A stretch of DNA of 57,061 bases, taken from Acidimicrobiia bacterium. GTDB lineage: Bacteria; Actinomycetota; Acidimicrobiia; Spongiisociales; JAOTWH01. Shown in pieces: positions 1 through 7,656 of this stretch. The DNA is taken from assembly GCA_036446035.1 (NCBI GenBank), contig JAZFSG010000009.1, positions 1 to 57,061 on the forward strand, given 5' to 3'. The first letter of the stretch is position 1. The number at the start of each line of letters is the position of its first letter. Both the position numbers and the translations under genes were made by a program. The notes beneath the pieces were generated by a model that saw only the letters and a program-made list of their open reading frames with translations, did not search any database and had not been told where the DNA came from.

Positions 1-72
1 TGTCACCTGCTGTCGCGGTGCCTCGCGTAGGTTTTCGAGCTCTCAAGGAACGTAGGGGGCCGAAACGAGCAA

Positions 73-363
73 TCAGCTCAACGTTCTTGCTATCTCTCCC
101 CTGCTCACAAGATCCCGGAAGGTCCCGAAGTCGTAATCCGCACCAGTCAGCGAGACGTCGTCTCTCGGAGCGTATTCCGCAGCCAAATCTCTCAAGAGAA
201 GCGGCGCTCGAAGCAACGTCGACTTGCCGCTGCTGTTAGCTCCGAATAGGACGGTGATTGCGGGCAGATCAAGTAATCCTGTGTCGGCGAATAGGCGGAA
301 GTTTCGAAGACGCAGACCAGTGAGACCAGTCGGGGACGGGCGCTCAGCGCTGAGAGTGGCCAT
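73..363 (-). pseudogene. N-terminal head of a P-loop ATPase (SMC/RecF/OLD-like, AAA_15/AAA_21 type) that ends after 96 codons
   Basis: ORF 73..363: LRLRNFRLF...ITVLFGANSSGKSTLL (Walker A) is the usual first strands plus P-loop of these ATPases. No signature or Walker B region follows, and all three frames down to base 1 are interrupted. Confidence 0.45.
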
Positions 364-640
364 GATTCGAGCCTACTGGCGGGTGATGGGGTGACACGCC
401 CATAAGCAAGCAGTTCACTCGATTCGGATCCTCGCCCTCGCCACAGACGCACCGCCGCTTCGATGGTACGTGGCGACCTCTTACCTCATCGCCTACCTCC
501 ACCGACTGCTACCCAACTGCTACCGAACCACCCATAACCACCCGTGACAGGCCGATACAGCCTGGACGCCATCGCCAGAAACCCAGACAGGACAGGCCTA
601 GCCGACACCCAACGACACCGGCTGGACCCCGAGCGCCGAA

Positions 641-685
641 CTCATAATCCGTCGGTCGTAGGTTCGAATCCTGCCCGGCCCACCC
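641..685 (+). pseudogene. tRNA-Met-derived 3' portion (anticodon loop to acceptor 3' strand) without a valid 5' half
   Basis: CTCATAA loop (CAT), TCCGT, variable CGGTC, T-arm GTAGG-TTCGAAT-CCTGC, CCGGCCC, discriminator A. Upstream bases give only 3/5 anticodon-stem pairs and no D-arm. Confidence 0.55.
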
Positions 686-690
686 GAGTG
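656..690 (+). repeat. 35-bp perfect direct repeat, copy 1 (tRNA T-arm plus acceptor strand plus 8 nt)
   Basis: TCGTAGGTTCGAATCCTGCCCGGCCCACCCGAGTG is identical at 825..859. Confidence 0.9.
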
Positions 691-824
691 CTTGACGCCT
701 GTTCGTAATGACTTCCCCGGCACAAAGCGAACGGGTGCCGCCTGCGGTGGATGGCTCGACTCCTTTCCAGCCTTGCTCAGGCTGGACGTCGCCTCGGTGG
801 TGCCGCCCTGCGGACGGCTCTCCT

Positions 825-859
825 TCGTAGGTTCGAATCCTGCCCGGCCCACCCGAGTG
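825..859 (+). repeat. 35-bp perfect direct repeat, copy 2
   Basis: Identical to 656..690. The preceding sequence has no anticodon loop. Confidence 0.9.
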
Positions 860-908
860 TTTGCGGCCTCTGTGCCATCGCTACCCAGGCCAACAGGAAC
901 GGGTGCCG

Positions 909-922
909 CCCGGCCCACCCGA
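909..922 (+). repeat. Third, 14-bp partial copy of the repeat core (CCCGGCCCACCCGA)
   Basis: Exact match to 674..687 and 843..856. It is preceded by GAACGGGTGCCGCC, which also occurs at 729..742. Confidence 0.6.
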
Positions 923-975
923 ACGGTGCGATATGCACAGCATTACGCTCGTGGCAACTACGTCGCCAAAGGGGA

Positions 976-1728
976 ATGAACGTGGATGCCAATCTCGCAC
1001 AGCTCACCGTCAGGTTGAGCCGAGCCGCCTACCTCGACCAGCCAGACGCCGCAACGGCTGTGGCCGACCTGGGATTGGGTGGATTTCGATTCTTTGACGC
1101 CAGCAGTACTCAGGCTTTCGTGGCCTCAGACGCCAGCCGCGTGTTCTTGGCGTTCCGAGGCACCGAGAGCGACAACCCAAGAGACTGGGTCCGCGACTCC
1201 CAGTTCGCAACAACCAAAGGCGAACTGGAGACGATGGTCCACTCGGGGTTTCACAAGGCCCTCGACGAGGTGTGGACCGATATGAGGCCACTAGCGACTG
1301 GGGGCGAGGTGTTCCTCACTGGTCACAGCCTGGGGGCGGGCATCGCCACATTGGCCGCGGCTCGGCTGGCCGATGACGGCGCGACAGTCGCAGGTGTCTA
1401 CACCTACGGCCAGCCACGCACCGGAAAGGCCGACTTCGCTGGCGCCTATCAAGCAGCACTCGGTTCAAAGACATTCCGCTTCGTCAACCACATAGACGTT
1501 GTGACTCGCGTCCCCTTCCTTTTGCAGGGATACCGCCACGTCGGCCAGCGGATGTACTTCGATGGCGACGGCGCATTCCACGACGGTGCCAGCGTTTGGA
1601 AGGTGGCGTGGGACGACATCAAGGCCCGGCTCAGACACTTCGGCACCATCAAGGCGGCTGGGGTCGGGCCCCACGATATGTCGAAGTACGTCGCGAGGGT
1701 GGACGCACTCGCAGGAGAAGCTGGATGA
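976..1728 (+). CDS. Class 3 lipase / alpha-beta hydrolase (Lipase_3-like)
   Basis: GHSLGAG nucleophile elbow, FRGTE...DW, YTYGQPR and HDM motifs. ATG at 976 is preceded by AAAGGGGA. The upstream part of ORF 751..1728 runs over the tRNA-like repeats. Confidence 0.75.
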   Translation: MNVDANLAQLTVRLSRAAYLDQPDAATAVADLGLGGFRFFDASSTQAFVASDASRVFLAFRGTESDNPRDWVRDSQFATTKGELETMVHSGFHKALDEVWTDMRPLATGGEVFLTGHSLGAGIATLAAARLADDGATVAGVYTYGQPRTGKADFAGAYQAALGSKTFRFVNHIDVVTRVPFLLQGYRHVGQRMYFDGDGAFHDGASVWKVAWDDIKARLRHFGTIKAAGVGPHDMSKYVARVDALAGEAG

Positions 1729-2660
1729 AACAGGTCGTGTTCGGAACCGGATCTATTGGGGCCGCGCTGGCGGACACGCTGGCGGTCCAAGGGCACAAGG
1801 TCGTCGCCGTCAACCGATCAGGTAACGCCGCCACCGGAAGCGGCGTCGAGGTGATCGCCGGTGATGCCAGCGATCGAGCCTTCACGAAATCGGTGGCCGA
1901 GGGCGCCGAGGTCATCTACCAGTGCCTCAACCCCCCATACACCAAATGGCCCGAGCTGTTTCCGGCGCTGCAGGCAGGAGTCTTCGACGCCGCCGCGGCA
2001 TCCGGCGCCAAGCTGGTCGCACTGGAGAACCTCTACATGTACGGCCCAACCGACGGAGCGCCGCTCACGGAAGACCTCCCCTACGCCGCCACCGGCTCCA
2101 AGGGTAAGACCAGGGCTCGGATGGCACAGGATCTGCTCGACGCGCACCAGTCGGGGATCGTGAGAGTGGCAATGGGACGGGCATCGGATTACTTCGGACC
2201 CCGTGGGCTGGTCAGTGCCATGGGCGAACGGGTTTTCTACCCGGCGCTGGCCGGCAAGAAGGCCTCGGTGATGGGCGACCCCGACCAGCCGCACACCTAC
2301 AGCTACATACCCGACATTGTGGCAGGCCTGGTGAAACTGGGGGCAGATGACCGCGCCGACGGCAGGGCCTGGCACCTCCCGAACGCGCCGGCGTTGACGA
2401 CGCGCCAGTTCATCGCCAAGATCTTCGAGACCCTGGGAACAAGCCCTGGCGTGTCAGCGATGCCGCGGTTCATGGTGAGCCTTGTTGGTCTCTTCAACGG
2501 CAACGTCCGGGAGCTGAAAGAGATGCTCTACGAGTTCGAGGAACCGTTCGTGGTCGACTCGAGTGCGTTCGAGTCGACGTTCGGTCAGTCGGCGACGCCC
2601 CTCGATGAGGCGATACCAACCACGATCGACTGGTTCCGACAGAACCCGAAGAAGAGTTAG
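1725..2660 (+). CDS. NAD(P)-dependent oxidoreductase, SDR/NmrA/epimerase-like
   Basis: N-terminal Rossmann motif VVFGTGSIGAAL. ATGA overlap with the lipase stop suggests translational coupling. Confidence 0.65.
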   Translation: MKQVVFGTGSIGAALADTLAVQGHKVVAVNRSGNAATGSGVEVIAGDASDRAFTKSVAEGAEVIYQCLNPPYTKWPELFPALQAGVFDAAAASGAKLVALENLYMYGPTDGAPLTEDLPYAATGSKGKTRARMAQDLLDAHQSGIVRVAMGRASDYFGPRGLVSAMGERVFYPALAGKKASVMGDPDQPHTYSYIPDIVAGLVKLGADDRADGRAWHLPNAPALTTRQFIAKIFETLGTSPGVSAMPRFMVSLVGLFNGNVRELKEMLYEFEEPFVVDSSAFESTFGQSATPLDEAIPTTIDWFRQNPKKS

Positions 2661-2995
2661 TCGCCTTGGACCGCTGAGCTCACGATGGCAGCGATGAACA
2701 TCACAGCCAAGATCGCCCAAGCCAGATAGCGGAACCACATCGGTGCGAAGCGCCACAGGTTCTTGATCTGGGCATAGATGGCGGCTGCCCCAAAGAGAGC
2801 GCCCGCTCCAAGTCCGCTGATGGCTGCCACCAGGTTGAACACGTCATCGGGCGAGGTGCCCTCTCGTGGATCGGCGACGGCCAGGACAACTCCTGCTACG
2901 GCTGCCACGACCATCGAAACGGATCCCAGAGCGATCAATACCCAGAAGAATCGCAAGCTGCTCTCGTTGGCTGCGTCACGCGGAACGTCTGTCAT
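2657..2995 (-). CDS. Small membrane protein (about 4 TM), hypothetical
   Basis: ORF 2657..2995 is hydrophobic throughout and converges on the SDR gene. Confidence 0.5.
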   Translation of the reverse strand: MTDVPRDAANESSLRFFWVLIALGSVSMVVAAVAGVVLAVADPREGTSPDDVFNLVAAISGLGAGALFGAAAIYAQIKNLWRFAPMWFRYLAWAILAVMFIAAIVSSAVQGD

Positions 2996-3079
2996 ACATA
3001 CCTCCTCCCGAGTGGCGCCATCCTATTCAGAGCCCTCAAGCGTCCAGTTGGAGGACCAACTCGTCGATGGCACACGCCA

Positions 3080-4258
3080 TTGGTGGAGGGCTATCGTCGC
3101 GACGTGGACATTGTGGTTGTCGGCGCGGGCGTCTTCGGGGCCACCGCCTCGTTGGAACTGTCGCGGCGCGGACACTCGGTGACCCTCGTCGACCCGGGAC
3201 CGCTCCCCCATCCCAACGCCGCCTCGACGGACATCTCGAAGATGGTTCGCATGGACTACGGAACCGACGAGTTGTACTACGAGATGATGGAGGCGAGTTT
3301 CCCTCTCTGGCGGCAGTGGAACGAGAGCTGGGGCCAGGAGCTGTATCGCGAGGACGGCTACCTCGTCATCGCCGCGGGACCGTTGGCGGAAGGCGGCTAC
3401 GAGGCGGACTGTCTGGCGACGCTTGCCAAGCGCGGTCACGATGTCGAAGTGATCGACGTCGACTGGCTGGCTGATCGCACCCCAGCCTGGTCGGTGCCAG
3501 ACGACACCGAGGGCTACTTCAACCCGGTGGGCGGATGGGCCGAGAGTGCCAATGTGGTGACACGAATTCTTCGTGAATCGGTCGGGGTCGGAACCGAACT
3601 CGTCGAGGCTCCCCTCTCGGGGTTCCTCGGTGGAGGAGACGAGGTTGAGGGCATCGCCACGGCCGACGGCGGGGTCCTCAACGGCGACATCGTCGTTCTG
3701 GCAGTAGGCACCTGGGCGCCGCAGATCTTGCCCGAGCTCGATGATGTCATGTGGTCCGTCGGCCAGCCGGTGTACCACTTCGAAGTCGAGGACGCCTACG
3801 AGTGGCAGCCGCCAGAGTTCTTGCCCTGGGCCATGGACGTAGCCAACACAGGTTGGCATGGGTTCGTCGCCCTCGACGAGGGTGTGCTCAAGATCGCCAA
3901 CCACGGCCCGGGCAGCCTCGAGGATCCCGACGGGCACCGCGACCTGCCGGAAGAGTCCGAGGACATGTTCCGCGACTTCCTCGACGATCGCCTCCCCGAC
4001 CTCGCAGACGCCGACATCGTCGACACCAGGCTGTGCTTCTATGCAGACACCTTCGATGGTGACTTCTGGATCGACCATCATCCCGACCGATCAGGACTCG
4101 TCGTTGCCGGCGGAGGCTCCGGCCACGCCTTCAAGTTCGCCCCGGTGCTGGGGGGCCTGATCGCAGACGCGGTCGAGGAGGAGCCGAACCAGTGGCTCGA
4201 GCGATTCGCGTGGCGCGACGCAGGCGACCGAAAGACCGAGGAAGCGCGCTTCTCATAA
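3080..4258 (+). CDS. FAD-dependent oxidoreductase (DAO family, sarcosine/amine oxidase-like)
   Basis: DIVVVGAGVFG dinucleotide fold at the N-terminus; C-terminal GGGSGHAFKFAPVLG is typical of the DAO family. Confidence 0.75.
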   Translation: MVEGYRRDVDIVVVGAGVFGATASLELSRRGHSVTLVDPGPLPHPNAASTDISKMVRMDYGTDELYYEMMEASFPLWRQWNESWGQELYREDGYLVIAAGPLAEGGYEADCLATLAKRGHDVEVIDVDWLADRTPAWSVPDDTEGYFNPVGGWAESANVVTRILRESVGVGTELVEAPLSGFLGGGDEVEGIATADGGVLNGDIVVLAVGTWAPQILPELDDVMWSVGQPVYHFEVEDAYEWQPPEFLPWAMDVANTGWHGFVALDEGVLKIANHGPGSLEDPDGHRDLPEESEDMFRDFLDDRLPDLADADIVDTRLCFYADTFDGDFWIDHHPDRSGLVVAGGGSGHAFKFAPVLGGLIADAVEEEPNQWLERFAWRDAGDRKTEEARFS

Positions 4259-4270
4259 CCTCTACCGGCG

Positions 4271-4414
4271 ATGGTCAAGTCAAACGGATTTCGCTACACC
4301 CGCCGCAAGAATGGTGAGGTCGTCATCACCCACAACGGGCGTCAGGCGACCGTCCTGCGCGGCGTCAAGGCCGATCGGTTCATCTCGTCACTCGGGGCAA
4401 CGACCAGGAGCTGA
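4271..4414 (+). CDS. 47-codon small ORF (MVKSNGFRYTRRKNGEVVITHNGRQATVLRGVKADRF...), possibly the 5' part of a split gene
   Basis: ATG at 4271, GC-rich third positions, too short for the ORF track. The coding-like signal continues in another frame to 4479. Confidence 0.4.
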   Translation: MVKSNGFRYTRRKNGEVVITHNGRQATVLRGVKADRFISSLGATTRS

Positions 4415-4479
4415 TGGCTCGGCTAACGGGTAACTACAAGCGCGGCAACGAGCGTCGGCCCTCCGGCGAGTCCCGATAG
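4402..4479 (+). other. Coding-like continuation in the -1 frame (DQELMARLTGNYKRGNERRPSGESR*)
   Basis: Open from 4318 with 20/25 GC third positions after 4402. It overlaps the TGA of the small ORF as TGATG, and a G4 run at 4394..4397 lies just before the junction. Confidence 0.35.
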
Positions 4480-4545
4480 CCGCACCTTTGGGGAATCTCC
4501 CCGACGGCCGAGCTGTTGGTAGTCCTTAGACCACAAGGAGCCCCA

Positions 4546-5307
4546 TTGACCACTGACACCCCAGCACGCGCTCGCATCAAGATCGAGAGCACCCCCAAGC
4601 GCATCCGCGCCTACCTCGACGGCAGGCTCGTGATAGACACCATCAATGCCGTGAGCGTGTGGGAGAAGCCCTACTACCCCACCTATTACTTCCCGCTTGC
4701 CGACGTCGACCAGAACGTTCTGGTTGCATCCGGAGAGACCAAGAAGTCCCCGAGCCGGGGCCTGGCTGATCTGTACACCGTCAAGGGGAACGACCGATCG
4801 ACCGACGAGGGCGCATACGCCTATCCCGACTCGCCGATCCCCGAACTCCAGGGCATGATCGCCTTTCGCTGGGATGCGCTGGATCACTGGTTCGAGGAGG
4901 ACGAAGAGGTCTTCATCCACGCCAGAGATCCCTACACCCGCATCGACATCCTCCCCAGCTCGCGGCGTGTCACCGTCGAGATCAACGGTGTTCGGGTGGC
5001 CGACACCACCAACGCCATGATGCTCTTCGAGACCGGGCTGCCGACCAGGTACTACATGCCGAAGACCGACGTTCAGCTCGATCTCCTCAAGCCGACCGAC
5101 ACCGTCACCCACTGCCCCTATAAGGGCGCGGCTCGCTATTGGACGGTCAAGGCCAACGGCGAGACATTCGAAGACCACGTCTGGGGCTACGACAGCCCAC
5201 TACCCGAGAGCTCTCGCATCGCCGGCCTCGTCTCCTTCTACAACGAAAAGGTGGACATCTACCTGGACGGCGAACTCCAACCCAAGACCAAGACCAAGTT
5301 CAGCTAG
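4546..5307 (+). CDS. DUF427 domain protein (two tandem DUF427-like halves)
   Basis: The second half has RVTVEINGVRVADT...YYMP...HCPYKGAARYW. TTG at 4546 lies 5 nt after AAGGAG. The ORF-track start at 4516 is also TTG. Confidence 0.7.
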   Translation: MTTDTPARARIKIESTPKRIRAYLDGRLVIDTINAVSVWEKPYYPTYYFPLADVDQNVLVASGETKKSPSRGLADLYTVKGNDRSTDEGAYAYPDSPIPELQGMIAFRWDALDHWFEEDEEVFIHARDPYTRIDILPSSRRVTVEINGVRVADTTNAMMLFETGLPTRYYMPKTDVQLDLLKPTDTVTHCPYKGAARYWTVKANGETFEDHVWGYDSPLPESSRIAGLVSFYNEKVDIYLDGELQPKTKTKFS

Positions 5308-5978
5308 CCGCGCGGAGCAGGACTCAGGTCGACGGAATAGCGACTGCCGCAGGTCCTGCAGATGGTTGCGGTGCCTGTCGTTACCTGATTGGTTGCTCCA
5401 CAGATCGGACAGAAGTTCGCATTTGCGCCCATCGACCTTGCTGAACGGTGCAGCACGGGAACGGCGGCCAGGAACGCCGCCAGCAAGACGGCGGTGATAC
5501 CGAAGGCCCGCCAATATCCATCGCTATCGATGTCCCCCCACATTCCGATCGTCAGCAGGAGCGCAACGACACCGATGCTGACTCGGACTGCTGTGAGGAG
5601 CCAGCGCTGGTGAGGCTCGAGACGAGCGAACTCCATGAGAGCAACTCCGGCTATTGCCGTCCCGGCGATGATGAGAGTGAACGGCAGCTTCCACAGCGCT
5701 CCGAAGTCGGGCTCGGTCCAGATCATGACGATGAGCCACGCGAAGCCCACGACCGTGGCCGCAACGCCGACGACCGGAAGTGATCCCAGCCGTCCCCGCT
5801 CCCATGCCGCGACCGGCGGCATGGACACCAGGGCAGCTCCGGTGATCATGAACGAGGTGGCGATGACCTTGGCGCCGGGCTCGCCGATGTCTGCGCCCAA
5901 CAGAACGACTATCCCTAGAAACGCGCCAAGACCTATAGAAGCAAGTACCACTCCCCGCAATATGCGTACCCAGCTCAC
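5304..5978 (-). CDS. Polytopic membrane protein with C-terminal CxxC...CxxC zinc ribbon
   Basis: About 6 hydrophobic helices, then FCPICGATN...ICRTCGSRY. It is the last gene of the same-strand cluster 5304..12108. Confidence 0.55.
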   Translation of the reverse strand: MSWVRILRGVVLASIGLGAFLGIVVLLGADIGEPGAKVIATSFMITGAALVSMPPVAAWERGRLGSLPVVGVAATVVGFAWLIVMIWTEPDFGALWKLPFTLIIAGTAIAGVALMEFARLEPHQRWLLTAVRVSIGVVALLLTIGMWGDIDSDGYWRAFGITAVLLAAFLAAVPVLHRSARSMGANANFCPICGATNQVTTGTATICRTCGSRYSVDLSPAPRG

Positions 5979-6003
5979 TCAGCAAGCGTACGACCCGGCA
6001 GCG

Positions 6004-7656
6004 TCAGTCCGTGAACACGGGATGTCCGGGGCTGGCGATCTGCGCCGGGATAAGACGGGCGACGGTGAGCCCGTCCGGCTGGATCACCAGTTCGGCAACG
6101 GCAGTGGTGTAGGAGGCTGCGTCGTGGCGCGGCCACACGAAGTTGCCGAGACCCCAGAAGATGGGCTTGCCCTGGTAGTACTCGAGCGGCTGGATGCGAT
6201 GGGCGTGATGGCCGAAAACGGCGTCGGCGCCGGCTTCGATCATGGCGTGGCCCACAGTGACGTCCGGCGGATCGGGCACGAACGACCTCTCGATCCCCCA
6301 ATGAACGGTCACCAGCACTAAGTCTGCGCGCTCCTTCGCCGCGGCGATGGCAGATCGGACGAGCGCCAGATCGTTGCCCCAGGCGAGTCCGGGACTGGTG
6401 GCGGTGGCGGAGTGACTCCACCCGTCCGCGACCGTGTTGAATCCGAGGACCGCAACGGTCCAGCCGTTGATGTCGAAGTAGGCGGCTTCGGTCGCCGAGG
6501 CGCGATCGGCGCCCGCTCCTACGGGCGCCACCCCCGCCGCCTCCACCGTGGCAATGCCGTCGAGGAGTGCTGCCTGACCGTAATCCCACGCATGGTTGTT
6601 GGCCATGTTGGCCACCTCTATCCCGTTGGGTGCCAGGCTGGCAAGCGAGGCGGACGAGCAGCGGAAGGTGAAGGCCTTGGGCACGGGTGATCCGAGGTCC
6701 GACGGAGTGCACTCGAGATTGATGAGAGTTAGGTCATCGGCCAGGAACTCGGTGCGTACTCCCGACCAAGCATGATCGAATCCCAGGGTGGCCAAGTCAG
6801 GGATGACACCGGTGTCCATGTGCACATCGCCCGTGGCACTGATGACCAGGCTGCCCCTCCCGGGGGCACTGGTCCCGAGCCCCGTCTTCCCGGCAACCGG
6901 AAGCCAGCCAGGGGCCGCGTAGGGAATGGTGGTTTCGGCGAATCCAGGTGTTGGAACCTCCTTGAGGAAGTAGCGACCTCGACCCGGGCGAAAGGCGCCG
7001 AGTCCGTCGCCCCCGCCGCCAACCCAGTCGCCGGCGAAGACCACGTCGTTGGGATCGCCCCACACCAGATCATGGTCGGCGACGCCCGTTGACAAGGAAT
7101 CCCGGTAGTAGACCCGACCGGTTGCCGGCCGGTGCAGCGCCACCTCGTCGGCACCGTCACCGTCGAAGTCGCCGACGAACGGCACATCGCCACCGTCGCC
7201 GAACTCGAAGTCGACTTCGGCTTCGCCCAGCCCACTGGTGGCAGAGCCGACCCCGTTGATGATGTAGAAGCGCCGCTCCGTTGGCCGGTAGATGGAGACC
7301 GTGTCGCAACCGTCGCCGTTGAAGTCCCCGGCCAGTGCGATGTCTCCCGGGTTGCCGAAGAAGTAGTCGGCGTCGGCGACTCCGGTGTCGTTGCTGTTCC
7401 GCAGATAGACGCGACCGTCCGAGCGACGGTGCAGCCCTGGTGTGTCGATCCCATCGCAGTCCCAGTCGCCGAGGAACGGCTCATCACCGGGATCGCCAAA
7501 GGTGAACACCGTGCTGACGCCGGCAGCGTCTCGCAAGTACCAGATGCCGGTGGAGGAGTCGACAGCGCCGATGGAGTCCGGCTCGGCGGCACCGACGGGA
7601 GCCGCCATCCAGACGAACAGAAGCAAGCCGCCGAGAACGCCGAGGCGCCGGGTCAC
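6004..7656 (-). CDS. Secreted protein: N-terminal FG-GAP/VCBS-like repeat module plus C-terminal CapA/PGA_cap-like metallophosphatase domain
   Basis: Signal peptide MTRRLGVLGGLLLFVWMAAPVGAA. Repeats of FGxPGDxPxxGDWxxDGxDT..YR. The C-terminal half has NLECTPS, ANNHAWDYG, VTVHWGIE and FGHHAHRIQP, typical of the CapA family. Confidence 0.7.
   Translation of the reverse strand: MTRRLGVLGGLLLFVWMAAPVGAAEPDSIGAVDSSTGIWYLRDAAGVSTVFTFGDPGDEPFLGDWDCDGIDTPGLHRRSDGRVYLRNSNDTGVADADYFFGNPGDIALAGDFNGDGCDTVSIYRPTERRFYIINGVGSATSGLGEAEVDFEFGDGGDVPFVGDFDGDGADEVALHRPATGRVYYRDSLSTGVADHDLVWGDPNDVVFAGDWVGGGGDGLGAFRPGRGRYFLKEVPTPGFAETTIPYAAPGWLPVAGKTGLGTSAPGRGSLVISATGDVHMDTGVIPDLATLGFDHAWSGVRTEFLADDLTLINLECTPSDLGSPVPKAFTFRCSSASLASLAPNGIEVANMANNHAWDYGQAALLDGIATVEAAGVAPVGAGADRASATEAAYFDINGWTVAVLGFNTVADGWSHSATATSPGLAWGNDLALVRSAIAAAKERADLVLVTVHWGIERSFVPDPPDVTVGHAMIEAGADAVFGHHAHRIQPLEYYQGKPIFWGLGNFVWPRHDAASYTTAVAELVIQPDGLTVARLIPAQIASPGHPVFTD
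6889..7566 (-). repeat. Coding array of about 5 FG-GAP-like repeats (about 45 aa each)
   Basis: Residues about 31-256 of ORF 6004..7656. Confidence 0.7.

Noticed and set aside
361-440. GATTCGAGCC and GATTCGGATCC motifs resembling reverse-complement T-loops
   Set aside because: The flanking 5-mers are not complementary and no cloverleaf can be drawn.
619-851. Two functional tRNA genes at 619-685 and 779-851
   Set aside because: Only the T-arm and acceptor pair properly. The D-arm is absent in both, the anticodon stem fails (3/5 pairs in unit 1), and unit 2 has no 7-nt anticodon loop. They are reported as tRNA-derived fragments or tRNA-like units instead.
3023-4081. 352-aa ORF on the minus strand
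   Set aside because: It is entirely antisense to the FAD oxidoreductase gene, which has clear motifs. Its composition is typical of GC-rich shadow frames, and no motif is recognisable.
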